A stretch of 63,962 nucleotides of DNA, the filler included, from Candidatus Desantisbacteria bacterium CG1_02_49_89 (GTDB lineage: Bacteria; Desantisbacteria; UBA1551): the NCBI GenBank assembly GCA_001871075.1. It is 4 parts of 4 records of this genome, joined end to end, with 100 filler letters (N's around TTAATTAATTAA, not from the genome) between each part and the next. Parts side by side here need not be neighbours in the genome. Positions count along the whole stretch, not along the records: positions 1 to 22,920 come from MNUP01000055.1; positions 23,021 to 43,650 come from MNUP01000111.1; 2 more parts are not named here. One strand, 5' to 3'. The position numbers and the translations under genes are program-made. This document shows, piece by piece, positions 20,288 to 30,204 of this stretch. The notes below the pieces were generated by a model. That model was not told the origin of the DNA. It did no database searches and saw only the letters and a list, made by a program, of their open reading frames with translations. Position 1 is the stretch's first letter. The number at the start of each line of letters is the position of its first letter.

Positions 20288-20363
20288 CTCAGGGCTTTTC
20301 GGAGACCCCCGCCAAACTAACTGGCGGGCAAGCTGCCAATCTTTAAGGAGGGAGCCCTGAAAG

Positions 20364-20850
20364 ATTTTTAACAGGGATTCAACGGGAATTTAAACTGCTT
20401 CTTTTAGGAGTAGACCCTTTAGGGTCGTAGAACAACGGGGCTTAAGCCCTCCGAAGAGTCCGTATACTTCGTTCTTTTGGAGTCATCGGACCTACTCTTG
20501 AATCACGCCTTAACCTATTTCTGGACGGGTAGGTTGTTGAACACTACCAATTAAATGATATGTCACATGTCAAGACCTGACACCTTTTTTATTTTTAACA
20601 GGGATTCAGCGGGAATTTAAATTGCTTCTTTTAGGAGTAGACCCTTTAGGGTCGTAAAACAACGGGGCTTAAGCCCTCCGAAGAGTCCGTATACTCCTCG
20701 GTCCGACGATTCTGTCGGACTCCGTATCGAAGCATCGGAGAGTCATCGGACCTACTCTTGAATCACGCCTTAACCTATTTCTGGGCGGGTAGGTTGTTGA
20801 ACACTACCAATTAAATGATATGTCACATGTCAAGACCTGACACCTTTTTT
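20364..20850. repeat. Tandem duplication (227 bp + 260 bp) of a composite hairpin block
   Basis: 20364-20590 vs 20591-20850; 11 nt in copy 1 correspond to a 44-nt double hairpin in copy 2. Confidence 0.9.
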
Positions 20851-20852
20851 AT

Positions 20853-21107
20853 TGGGGTTGTGAAAAATGGTTTGATGCTCAAAACTATTCAGGCTGGGGT
20901 AGCTTTAAAGAAATTTCAGCTAATTCGTTAGGAGCAAATTCTTATCATAAAATGGTTTTTCGCCTGCCTAAAAATTATTTGAAGAATTTGGAAGATAAAA
21001 ATATGATGAATATATATATAAATTATTTTGACAGATTAGGTGAAAAACATAGGATTAAATTTTTTTCAAATGATTTTAAAACAATTAATTCCGTAAATGA
21101 AGAATAG
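20853..21107 (+). pseudogene. 5'-truncated AT-rich ORF remnant
   Basis: Open frame CEKWFDAQNYSGWG...NSVNEE* whose 5' end abuts the repeat block. Confidence 0.45.
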
Positions 21108-21127
21108 GAAAATTTAAAGAATAAAAA

Positions 21128-21727
21128 GTGGTGAACATGAGTAAATTATTGATTGGGTTTATTTTAATAATTTGTTTTTGTGGGTTAGCTTGGGCGGATA
21201 CTGCTACTATAACTGATACGCGATCCTTTCTTGATCCAGGCGGTTACAAGGACGCTAAATGGGGAATGACTATTGATGAAGTAAAACAGGCAATTACAGG
21301 GGTGAATTGGGTTAATAATTGGGCATTCGGTTCTCAATGTTTTCAGGATACAATACTTGAACATTCATCCTATCTCAATTTTTTCTTTGATAATAATAAA
21401 AAATTAATTAAAACCAAAATTTATGTAGTGCATAAAGTTATTAAAAGTGGTAGTTTTTTTTCTTTAGACGAATATGATGATACCGATTTATTTAATTCAA
21501 TATCCAGAGTTTTAAGAGAAAAATATGGGGAACCCGAAAGTGTATATAGAAATACTATGGAGATGGGACCTTCTACACTTAATTGGATATTTCCAACAAC
21601 ACAGATAACACTTGAAGTTTCAACTACCTATATAACAAAAGTGGGCAATGTTCCTCTGGGTATTAACATTATCTACTTCCAGCGTTCAATAAAAGAAGGC
21701 AAACAGGAAGATAAGGATAAATTATAA
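21128..21727 (+). CDS. Hypothetical secreted protein
   Basis: Signal peptide; GYKDAKWGMTIDEVK and LREKYGEP; AT-rich. Confidence 0.7.
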   Translation: MVNMSKLLIGFILIICFCGLAWADTATITDTRSFLDPGGYKDAKWGMTIDEVKQAITGVNWVNNWAFGSQCFQDTILEHSSYLNFFFDNNKKLIKTKIYVVHKVIKSGSFFSLDEYDDTDLFNSISRVLREKYGEPESVYRNTMEMGPSTLNWIFPTTQITLEVSTTYITKVGNVPLGINIIYFQRSIKEGKQEDKDKL

Positions 21728-21782
21728 ATTTTGTGTAATTAGATTGCGCAGACGCCAAATTTTTTTAAAAAGGAGGAATTCT

Positions 21783-22547
21783 ATGAACAAGCAAATTACT
21801 AAGGGTATTGATAAGTACATTCCAATTTTTCAAGAAGCAAGAGAGAAAGATATGAATGAAGCAGACATTGTAACGCGGGTTGTTAAATTTTCAGAAGAAG
21901 TTTTGGGGTATGATGTTTTTAAAGAAATTACAAAAGAATTTCAAATAAAAGAACGATATGTGGATTTAGCGATTAAAATAGATGACAAGGTCAAATTTTA
22001 TATTGAAGTAAAATCTGCGAATGTAAAATTAAAGGAATCACAAATATATCAAGCGGAGAGTTATGCTTCACAGAGTGGTATTCCTTGGGTAGTATTAACA
22101 AATGGTACTGAATGGCAATTGTATCATCTTGTATTTGATAAAACAGGAATTGATCATTCCATGGTATTTTCTATTGATTTATTAAACGGCAACACAGAGG
22201 AAAATGCTGACAAATTATATTATCTTTCTTGTAGTGCTATGCGAAAAGATGAGATAGAAAACTTTTGGCAAAAACAAGTATCTTTAAACCCAGACTCAAT
22301 TATAAAAGCATTGTTTCACGAAGACACCCTTACTGCGATTAGACGAGAAATACGGAGAATGTCTGATGTTTTGGTAGATGAAGATGAAATTGTAAATAGT
22401 GTTAAAAAATTATTAAGTAATGAACTGTTATCTCAATTTGGGGAGGTAATTAAGATTAGGCGTAGACGTAGAACAAGAGCAGAAAAAGAAGACCCCAACA
22501 ATAGAGAGTCGGAAGAAACAAATAATCCTATTTTAGCAAAAATATGA
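21783..22547 (+). CDS. HsdR_N-like PD-(D/E)xK nuclease-domain protein
   Basis: NEAD, LGYD, VDLAI, IEVK, LTNG..W; AGGAGG RBS. Confidence 0.8.
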   Translation: MNKQITKGIDKYIPIFQEAREKDMNEADIVTRVVKFSEEVLGYDVFKEITKEFQIKERYVDLAIKIDDKVKFYIEVKSANVKLKESQIYQAESYASQSGIPWVVLTNGTEWQLYHLVFDKTGIDHSMVFSIDLLNGNTEENADKLYYLSCSAMRKDEIENFWQKQVSLNPDSIIKALFHEDTLTAIRREIRRMSDVLVDEDEIVNSVKKLLSNELLSQFGEVIKIRRRRRTRAEKEDPNNRESEETNNPILAKI

Positions 22548-22920
22548 TTTAACCCCCCGCGGCTTGCCGCGGGGTAATTCAAAAAAAACTGATAAAATTG
22601 AAGAAACAAATCAAACAATTAAAGAAGAAACTAACGAGAAAAAATAAGATGACAGGGTGCCAAGCCCTTAGTTGTGAAGATATATTAATAAGTTGAAATT
22701 AATACTCAAACCTCCCTCCTTAAAGATTGGCGGGTCTTCGAGAAGGTTTGAGTTACATGTGCGATAAATCGCACTCCGATGCCCCGATATAACATCGGGG
22801 ATGCGGAGTCCGAAGATACATCGGACCGCTACATCTCGAGCGCAATGTCCCAAGGGGATGGATTAGTCAAATTGCGCGCCTACATACACCCCCATCTCAA
22901 TCTTCCCCCGTCCAAGGGGG

Positions 22921-23020
22921 NNNNNNNNNNNNNNNNNNNNNNNNNNNNNNNNNNNNNNNNNNNNTTAATTAATTAANNNNNNNNNNNNNNNNNNNNNNNN
23001 NNNNNNNNNNNNNNNNNNNN
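22921..23020. other. Artificial contig linker
   Basis: N44-TTAATTAATTAA-N44. Confidence 0.97.
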
Positions 23021-23077
23021 GTCGACGAAACGATCACGGAGAAATAAGTGCTGGCGCACCGCAAGTCCGGAGGATAT

Positions 23078-24145
23078 ATGCGAAAAATAAATAAATATTT
23101 TATAGCGGCGGTTCTTGTTCTGGTCTTCATGCAGTTTTCCGCAGGTCTTTTCGCGAAGACACAGAAAAAAATCAAGATGATAAGCACGTGCGGCATGATA
23201 GCGCAGAGATACAGCTATTCCAAAAGGGAGAAAATCCCCACCGTAAGCCCCCTGGAAGTGGTGAAGGCAGTCCCGGAGCTGAGGGAAATGGCAGAGATCG
23301 AGATAGAGGAGTTCTCCAATATCAACGCGAGCCTTATGACGCCGCAGAAGATGTATGACCTTGCGGTAAGCGCCTGGAAGACTCTCAAAGACCCGGAAGT
23401 CGCCGGGGTTGTGATAATATACGGCACAGAGACAATTGAGGAGGCGGCTTTCCTTACGGAACTCCTGATAGACAGCGAAAAACCCATAGTCATGACAGGC
23501 GCCCAGAGGAATCCTTCTGACCCGTCCGCGGACGGGCCCGCCAACCTGGTAGATGCGGTGCTGGTCGCGCTGGACGACGAATCCAGGAACAGGGGTACGC
23601 TCGTAGTGTTCAACAACAAGATTTTTTCGGCTAAGGAAGTCAGCAAGGTGAATTCAAACGGCGTGGATTCTCTGCAGTCGCCGTACGGGCCGGTAGGGAC
23701 CATACAATCCGGCAGGGTTATATACCTGAGGCCCCGCGAGAAAAGGTTTACACTGGACGCTGCGGATGCGTCCAGGAAAGTGCAGCTTATAAAAATGGTT
23801 CCGGGGATGGACGCGCTTTTTTTAAGGGTAGCGATCACGGGCGGCGCTGAAGCGGTTGTTATCGAGGGTTTCGGCGCGGGTATTTTGAATGAGGACAATT
23901 TTCTCGCGATAGACAGCGCGTTTGAGCAAAAAATGCCGGTTGTCATTGTTTCAAGGTGCGGTTCGGGGTTCGTGGATGCCGGGTTTGACTCCCAGTTCGC
24001 GGGTAAGAGACTTGCCGATAAGGGAGTGATCTTCGGGGGGGACCTTACCGGTCCCAAGGCAAGGATACTCCTGATACTCGCGCTGAGTAAAACATTCAAC
24101 ACGAAGGAGATCCAGGGGTATTTTGACAGGTTATACACAAGATAG
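23078..24145 (+). CDS. Secreted asparaginase-family protein with altered catalytic motifs
   Basis: KPIVMTGAQR, SADGPANL, KARILL; TGGTIA reads TCGMIA and HGTDT reads YGTET. Confidence 0.85.
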   Translation: MRKINKYFIAAVLVLVFMQFSAGLFAKTQKKIKMISTCGMIAQRYSYSKREKIPTVSPLEVVKAVPELREMAEIEIEEFSNINASLMTPQKMYDLAVSAWKTLKDPEVAGVVIIYGTETIEEAAFLTELLIDSEKPIVMTGAQRNPSDPSADGPANLVDAVLVALDDESRNRGTLVVFNNKIFSAKEVSKVNSNGVDSLQSPYGPVGTIQSGRVIYLRPREKRFTLDAADASRKVQLIKMVPGMDALFLRVAITGGAEAVVIEGFGAGILNEDNFLAIDSAFEQKMPVVIVSRCGSGFVDAGFDSQFAGKRLADKGVIFGGDLTGPKARILLILALSKTFNTKEIQGYFDRLYTR

Positions 24146-24148
24146 AAC

Positions 24149-25702
24149 ATGAAAAAACTTATTTTTTCTGTTTTTATTCTTTCGGTGTCTACGATCCTGC
24201 CCCTTTCGGGCAGGTGCGCATCGCTTAACAGCGTCAGTGACACGCTAGGCAATACTTTTGTGTCAGCCGTATGCACGCACACAGTTTCTTTTTCATCGCC
24301 GAATACGGCCGTCATAGGCAGGATCAGCATAGCTTTTGATCCCGGATTCGGAATATCATCCATACTGCAGGGAACAGTCACAGGCCTGAATTCAGGGACC
24401 CTGAGTGTCACAGGCGACACGGTTATCTACACGGTAATATACCCGGACACTGTCGCCGCCGAGGTAACCTGCACCATCCCGCTGGGCAATATTACTAACG
24501 CGGCGGTATGCGCTGCCACATACACGATCAGGGTAGCGACCCGGACCCCGGAGGACACGGTTATTAACGACCCTACCGTATCCACGCCGTTCGGCCTGGC
24601 AGGGAATTCATTGAGAATAACTACTCCAGCGCAGGTCGTGCTTTCAGGCAGTCCTTCGTTACAAATAATCGTTATCGCGTGCGACGCGTCCGGGAACACC
24701 GACATTCTTTTCAACGACACGGTCACTCTGGGCGGTTCTTCCGCTTCCGGCCTGTTCTCTCCCGATAAAGTTTCCTGGACTGCCGGGGATACTTTCATAA
24801 CGCTTGTTAGCGGCAAAGGCTCGTTCTATTACGCGGATACCGTTGTCGGCACGGTCTCGGTAAGCGTTTCCAGGGAAGGATATGCGGACGCAGGTTATAT
24901 CCAATCCCTGAAATTCGCTCCTTTCATTACAGGCGCGATCCCGCATGACACTCCCGGCACTGTCATTATAATGTCAGACTCGGTAACCGTTACTGTTCCT
25001 GCGGAGACATTCGGTTCCACCTATGCTTTTGTTATCGACGATAATCCGGCAGGCCCGGATATAACTACCGCGAATAACGGTACTGCCACAGACCCCGGCC
25101 TTAAACTTGTGACAGAACTTGGCGGCACAATAAGAGAGATAAGCGCCTACGCGGTCGGCACGTCCGGTATAGTTGATCTCGGCAGTCCTTTGGATCCCCT
25201 GGCAGGGAAGTTCGTGATTGTCACGATACCTTATCCAGATATCGCGGTAATATCCGGAACCCTTGAGGATGGTCTGAGGATATTCAAGCTTGATGAAACC
25301 ACAGACGGATGGATACTCGTGCTGGGAACGCAGAACGTCAATAAGATCTCGAAAACCGTTTCCGCTGACATGAGCTCGCTGAGCATATTCAGGATAATTT
25401 CCCTGGGGATAAGCCAGAACCTTTCGGGTGTCATAGTTTATCCGAATCCTTTTGAGACCGCAAAGGCAAGGGGCGGGACCCTTAAATTCATTAACATACC
25501 GCTCCAGGCAACTATAAAGATCTATAACATAGCGGGCGAGCTGGTCAGAACTATTCAGAAAGACGACACGGCAAACCGCGCGACCTGGGACGCGAAGAAT
25601 GAATCAGGTGAGAAGGTGGCAAGCGGCGTTTATTTCTACGTTATTTCAAGCCCGCAGGATACCGTTAAAGCCACCGGTAAAATAGCTGTGATAGTAAATT
25701 GA
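24149..25702 (+). CDS. Secreted Thr/Ser-rich Ig-like protein with T9SS type-A/FlgD-like C-terminal domain
   Basis: VYPNPF...IKIYNIAGELVRTI...WDAKNESGEKVASGVYFY. Confidence 0.8.
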   Translation: MKKLIFSVFILSVSTILPLSGRCASLNSVSDTLGNTFVSAVCTHTVSFSSPNTAVIGRISIAFDPGFGISSILQGTVTGLNSGTLSVTGDTVIYTVIYPDTVAAEVTCTIPLGNITNAAVCAATYTIRVATRTPEDTVINDPTVSTPFGLAGNSLRITTPAQVVLSGSPSLQIIVIACDASGNTDILFNDTVTLGGSSASGLFSPDKVSWTAGDTFITLVSGKGSFYYADTVVGTVSVSVSREGYADAGYIQSLKFAPFITGAIPHDTPGTVIIMSDSVTVTVPAETFGSTYAFVIDDNPAGPDITTANNGTATDPGLKLVTELGGTIREISAYAVGTSGIVDLGSPLDPLAGKFVIVTIPYPDIAVISGTLEDGLRIFKLDETTDGWILVLGTQNVNKISKTVSADMSSLSIFRIISLGISQNLSGVIVYPNPFETAKARGGTLKFINIPLQATIKIYNIAGELVRTIQKDDTANRATWDAKNESGEKVASGVYFYVISSPQDTVKATGKIAVIVN

Positions 25703-25718
25703 TCGCGAGGACAGGATA

Positions 25719-26714
25719 ATGGCGTTTAAATTAAAAATTAAAAATTCAAAATTAAAAATGAGCGCAATAATCTTTGGTGCCATTGTTTTTGCCTTACACC
25801 TTACACCTTACACGTTACACGTTAGTTACGCCGCCAGCCCCGGCACAGAAGGGGCTCCTTTCCTGAAGATAGGTCCGGGGGCAAGGGCAGTCGGTATGGG
25901 AGAGGCTTTTGTCGCTGTTGCGGACGATGCCACGGCTATGTTCTGGAACCCCGCGGGCATAGTGCAGCTGAAACAGCGAGAAATTTCATTTATGCATAAC
26001 TTTTGGTTCCAGGGAGTATATTACGACTATTTTGCCTATGTGCAGGAACTGCCCGGCCCGGGCAACGAAAAGTTAGGCATTAACGTGACTTATCTGCAAT
26101 ATGGCGACATGATCAGAACGCTTGAAGACGCGTCAGGTATCTACACCGGCACGGGCAGCAATTTTGCAGCTTCTGACCTTGCTCTTGGGCTCACGTATGC
26201 CTGGGAAATGGGCTCGAACCACAGCCTCGGCGTCAATCTTAAATTCATACGTTCCATGATGGACGATGTGTCAGGTGACGCGATATGCCTGGATTTCGGC
26301 TATCTTTTCAGGATAAACCCCGCTCTTTCGGTGGGGGCAAACGCGCAGAACAGCGTTGTTTCAATGCCCATCCGTTTTTACAGGGGCCTGACCGCGGTTT
26401 CATCCCCGCACATCCTTCCCATAAACGGAAAGGTCGGGCTTGCGTACAGGCTGCCTTTTATAATGCTTGTTTTTGACGTGAATTTCCCGCTTGAAAATTG
26501 CGTAAATTACCATGTTGGAATGGAATATAAGGTCTCGGATCGTCTTTGCGTAAGGGCAGGATACAAGACTGACCTTATAACAAGTTTAGACGCGCTCTCG
26601 GGATTATGCGCCGGGTTTGGTTTTAACTGGGCAGGTTATAATATTGATTATGCCTTTGTTCCATATGGTGACCTGGGCCAAACCCACCGAATTTCACTTA
26701 GCATGAAATTCTGA
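25719..26714 (+). CDS. PorV/PorQ-family beta-barrel
   Basis: FLKIGPGARAVGMGEAFVAVADDATAMFWNPAG; DYAFVPYGDLGQTHRISLSMKF. Confidence 0.85.
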   Translation: MAFKLKIKNSKLKMSAIIFGAIVFALHLTPYTLHVSYAASPGTEGAPFLKIGPGARAVGMGEAFVAVADDATAMFWNPAGIVQLKQREISFMHNFWFQGVYYDYFAYVQELPGPGNEKLGINVTYLQYGDMIRTLEDASGIYTGTGSNFAASDLALGLTYAWEMGSNHSLGVNLKFIRSMMDDVSGDAICLDFGYLFRINPALSVGANAQNSVVSMPIRFYRGLTAVSSPHILPINGKVGLAYRLPFIMLVFDVNFPLENCVNYHVGMEYKVSDRLCVRAGYKTDLITSLDALSGLCAGFGFNWAGYNIDYAFVPYGDLGQTHRISLSMKF

Positions 26715-26752
26715 TACCCATATTCCGGAAAAAAGCAAAAAAGCGAAAAAAC

Positions 26753-26781
26753 TTGACAAAAGCCGGTATTTATGCTAATAT
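26753..26781 (+). promoter_or_regulatory. Sigma70-like promoter
   Basis: TTGACA-17-TAATAT. Confidence 0.55.
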
Positions 26782-26835
26782 ATATATTACTTCAAGTAAA
26801 ATATATAAATTTGAATATAAATCATAGGGGGCGTC

Positions 26836-28119
26836 ATGAGGTTTAAATATATGTATTTATTGCTTATATTAGCAGTAATAGCAGGGGTCGTCGCAGGTCC
26901 CTGTTCCGCAGCGGTTGTTTCCAAGAAGGTTTACAACGTGGCAGAGGTCACCTACCTGCATTCAAACGGGGATACCCCTGCGCCGGACGAGATGACTCCG
27001 GACGGGAAGCTTGTGGTGCTTCCCCTTCAGAGCAACATCTGCCAGGCAAAGGGAGTGATAGATTCGCCAGACAGCGTTTTCGGTTTTAAAGCCACGTTTG
27101 TGAATACCGCGGTTATTATGACATGGAGGCAAGTCGTAAGATACAACAATGACACCCTCGGGGACATAAACATCACCAAATACGTAATATACCGGGCCGG
27201 AGAGGACCGCAATTTCGCGTTCTTTGCCGAGGTTGACAGCCAGACCTTCTCCTGCACTGACCTTACGCCGCCGACGGTTGCCTACTACAAAGTTGTGGCG
27301 GTTGACGATATGGACAATACAAGCGGCTATTCCTTAGTGCTTGACAACAACAGGATCGCCTACGTGTTCAGGGGAGACATAGACACGAGCAGGGATACGT
27401 TCACAAGGCTTGTAGTGCCGGCAGGCGCCCAGGGGATAATTTACGGGGGCGGTGACTACGACCTTCACCTTGAGGCGGCCAGGGACCAGGCGGACGAGGG
27501 CAAATCGCAGACGATCGGAGGGACCAAGGGCAATATTTCCACAAGCATATCCTTCAAGCCGTACAGGTATAAGAACAGGGAGCAGCTCGCGAGCCTGGGT
27601 TTTCCGGAGAAAGTCCAGATAATGCTTCGCTACGAAATAGACGACAAGGGCCTTATCAAGAACACGACGCTTCCCGCAAGCAAGGCAAAAGACAAGCTGG
27701 GTTTTTATTATTATAACGGGATCGAATGGGTGAAGATACCGGCAACGCTTGACCAGGCCAGCCAGACGCTTGTTGCCACTGTCAGCCACTTAAGCAAATA
27801 CGCGCTCATAGCAGGTTTTACCAATCCCACAGCCCTCACGCTGACAAAGAGGATCCCGCCCATTATAACGCCCAACGCCGACGGGATAAACGACAGATGT
27901 TTCTTCTACTACGACGGTTTCAAGGCGGGGACGACTCCCAGCCTAAAGATCTTTGACCTGAGCGGTTCGCTTGTCGCGGAAGTCACTCAGGTTATACCCG
28001 GGCAGATGGAATGGGACGGAAAAGACATGACCGGCGCGGTGATGGATTCAGGTATCTATGTATATCAGATCCAGGCAGGTGATGAGATAATCACCGGCAG
28101 TGTTGTGCTGGCAAAATAG
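26836..28119 (+). CDS. Secreted protein with T9SS type-B/gliding-motility-like C-terminal domain
   Basis: ITPNADGIND...IFDLSG...WDGKD...SGIYVYQI; FN3-like segment. Confidence 0.78.
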   Translation: MRFKYMYLLLILAVIAGVVAGPCSAAVVSKKVYNVAEVTYLHSNGDTPAPDEMTPDGKLVVLPLQSNICQAKGVIDSPDSVFGFKATFVNTAVIMTWRQVVRYNNDTLGDINITKYVIYRAGEDRNFAFFAEVDSQTFSCTDLTPPTVAYYKVVAVDDMDNTSGYSLVLDNNRIAYVFRGDIDTSRDTFTRLVVPAGAQGIIYGGGDYDLHLEAARDQADEGKSQTIGGTKGNISTSISFKPYRYKNREQLASLGFPEKVQIMLRYEIDDKGLIKNTTLPASKAKDKLGFYYYNGIEWVKIPATLDQASQTLVATVSHLSKYALIAGFTNPTALTLTKRIPPIITPNADGINDRCFFYYDGFKAGTTPSLKIFDLSGSLVAEVTQVIPGQMEWDGKDMTGAVMDSGIYVYQIQAGDEIITGSVVLAK

Positions 28120-28172
28120 GGTATACCCGGAGAGTGTCTGATAATAAACCTACTCTTATTAGGATTTGATAT

Positions 28173-28208
28173 AAATAAGCATACCTGCTGAGGGTGTGCT
28201 TATTTTTT
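28173..28208 (+). terminator. Probable intrinsic terminator
   Basis: AAATAAGCATACC...GGTGTGCTTATTTTTT. Confidence 0.6.
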
Positions 28209-28461
28209 ATGCGGTGCCAAAAGGCACCGTTGATTATCCCCGCTGTCCCGATTACCTATCGGGACAAAACGCGGGGATCCCTTAGGGACGCCGATTTTGA
28301 TGTCATTGCGGGCCCGCCAATAAAAGCAGTGGCGGGCGCGGCAATCCCGTCGTTAAAAACGAGATTGTCCCAAGGGGATCCCCTTGGGACCTTTGGGACT
28401 TCGCTTTCGCTCGCAAAGACAAGCTACCAATGTATTATATGATTTTCCTTGAGAGGGTGAT

Positions 28462-29406
28462 GTGAAAACAGGATTCATAGCCGTTCTTATATTTTTTGCA
28501 GCCGCAGCAGCAGGCGTGCCGGGTCTTCATGCTTTCCAGTGCGAAAAAGCCGCGGTGCTGGGTAAAAACCAGGTGGTCCTGAGCGAAGGCCTTCTTTACA
28601 CGAAATTTTCCCCTGTTACGGAACCGAAGGTTTTCGAGGAGAATCCCGCGCTCACGCTGAACGGTATCACGGCAGACCATGATATTTGGGATGTGCCTTT
28701 TGAAATAAGGATAGGTTTTACCGAGAATTTCACGTTCGGTATTTCAGCGTCATATTTATGCAATATATTCAATGCAACAGGATGGGTTTTTGCCCTCGGC
28801 ACATACAATTTTACCTCGAGCGGCATTTCGGGAATAGGTTTTAAGGGCCTGCAGCGTATTATCGCGGAAGACAGCCCTGTGCCGGGCCTTTCTCTTCTTT
28901 ACGGAGTTTCTTTTCCTCTGGGTGAGGATGATTACGTAGCCCAGGACAAAAACGAAAGTTTCAGAATGCCTTTAGGTGATAGGGGGGTAACGCTTTCTGT
29001 GATCGAAGCGATCAGCAGGGACCTGGGCTGGTTCGCCCTGCACCTTAATCTCGGTTATGACCTGAGGCTTCCATATACCCAGAAGAAGAACTGGAAGGGC
29101 GACGCGGTCTCTGACCGCATTCTTGATCCGGGGGACAGGTTCATATACGGCGCAGCTTTTGAATGGAAATGGACAGGGGTTTCTTTTATATTTGAGATTG
29201 ACGGCTGCGCCTGCGGCAATTCAACGCTGGACGGCGCTTCCATAGAAGGTTCGGGCACGCATACGGTCCAGCTCATACCCGGCTTTAATTTCTCGCCCGG
29301 CGCATCACTTACCATTGAGGCCGGTTTTAAGGCGGCAGTGCTGAGCAGGGGCGCAAACGCGGAATATTTCTACGGACCTGTTTTCAGGATGGAACAGAAA
29401 CTGTAG
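28462..29406 (+). CDS. Outer-membrane beta-barrel (MetA-pathway/CoxB-like transporter)
   Basis: Signal peptide; amphipathic strands; LHLNLGY; precedes mla genes. Confidence 0.6.
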   Translation: MKTGFIAVLIFFAAAAAGVPGLHAFQCEKAAVLGKNQVVLSEGLLYTKFSPVTEPKVFEENPALTLNGITADHDIWDVPFEIRIGFTENFTFGISASYLCNIFNATGWVFALGTYNFTSSGISGIGFKGLQRIIAEDSPVPGLSLLYGVSFPLGEDDYVAQDKNESFRMPLGDRGVTLSVIEAISRDLGWFALHLNLGYDLRLPYTQKKNWKGDAVSDRILDPGDRFIYGAAFEWKWTGVSFIFEIDGCACGNSTLDGASIEGSGTHTVQLIPGFNFSPGASLTIEAGFKAAVLSRGANAEYFYGPVFRMEQKL

Positions 29407-29419
29407 GGCAGGGAGACAG

Positions 29420-30196
29420 ATGAAGGAAATTGTCGAAAACCTCGGCAGGCAGGCCCTGGCTTTCTTAAGGCACCTGGGAGGGATATTCCTTTTATTTTTT
29501 TCCACGATATACTGGACATTCCAGCCTTCAAGGCTGAAAAAAAATATTTTTTCCCAGATGGTATTTGTAGGAATGGATTCTTTACTTATTATCGGGGTCA
29601 CGTCTTTACTTATAGGCATGGTAACTGCCTGGCAGACAGGAATTGCCATAGAGCAGTTCGGTGCCAAAACCTATATCGGCGGAATTGTGGCAGTAGCCAT
29701 TGCCAGGGAGATGGCGCCGCTTATGGTCGGCCTGATGTGCGCCGGCAGGGTCGGTTCGTCCTTCGCGGCTGAGATAGGCTCAATGAAGGTGACCGAACAG
29801 ATAGACGCGCTTAAAACGCTTGCGGTTGAGCCTGTTCAGTACCTTGTTGTCCCCAGGTTCCTCGCCTGCCTTGTAATGATGCCTGTGCTGGTTATTTTCG
29901 CTAACGTGATAGGGTTGTTCGGCGGCTGGCTTGTCGCGACCAGGAACCTTGGTGTGGATTCAGCCATATACATAAACCACGTGCTGTCGTTTACTAAGTT
30001 CAAGGACCTTTATGCGGGCCTGACAAAAGCAGCCGTATACGGGATAATTACGTCCATTTTCAGCTGTTACAGGGGCCTTGAGGTGAGAGGCGGGTCCGAA
30101 GATATAAGCCGCGCTACGACTTTTGCCGTGGTATTTTCATGCCTTGCAATACTGGTTGCCGATTATTTCTTCTCGGTACTTTTCAACCTGATGTGA
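29420..30196 (+). CDS. mlaE: MlaE lipid ABC permease
   Basis: REMAP, AGRVGSSFAAEIGSMKVTEQIDAL, YLVVPR. Confidence 0.93.
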   Translation: MKEIVENLGRQALAFLRHLGGIFLLFFSTIYWTFQPSRLKKNIFSQMVFVGMDSLLIIGVTSLLIGMVTAWQTGIAIEQFGAKTYIGGIVAVAIAREMAPLMVGLMCAGRVGSSFAAEIGSMKVTEQIDALKTLAVEPVQYLVVPRFLACLVMMPVLVIFANVIGLFGGWLVATRNLGVDSAIYINHVLSFTKFKDLYAGLTKAAVYGIITSIFSCYRGLEVRGGSEDISRATTFAVVFSCLAILVADYFFSVLFNLM

Positions 30197-30204
30197 TCTT
30201 CGAA

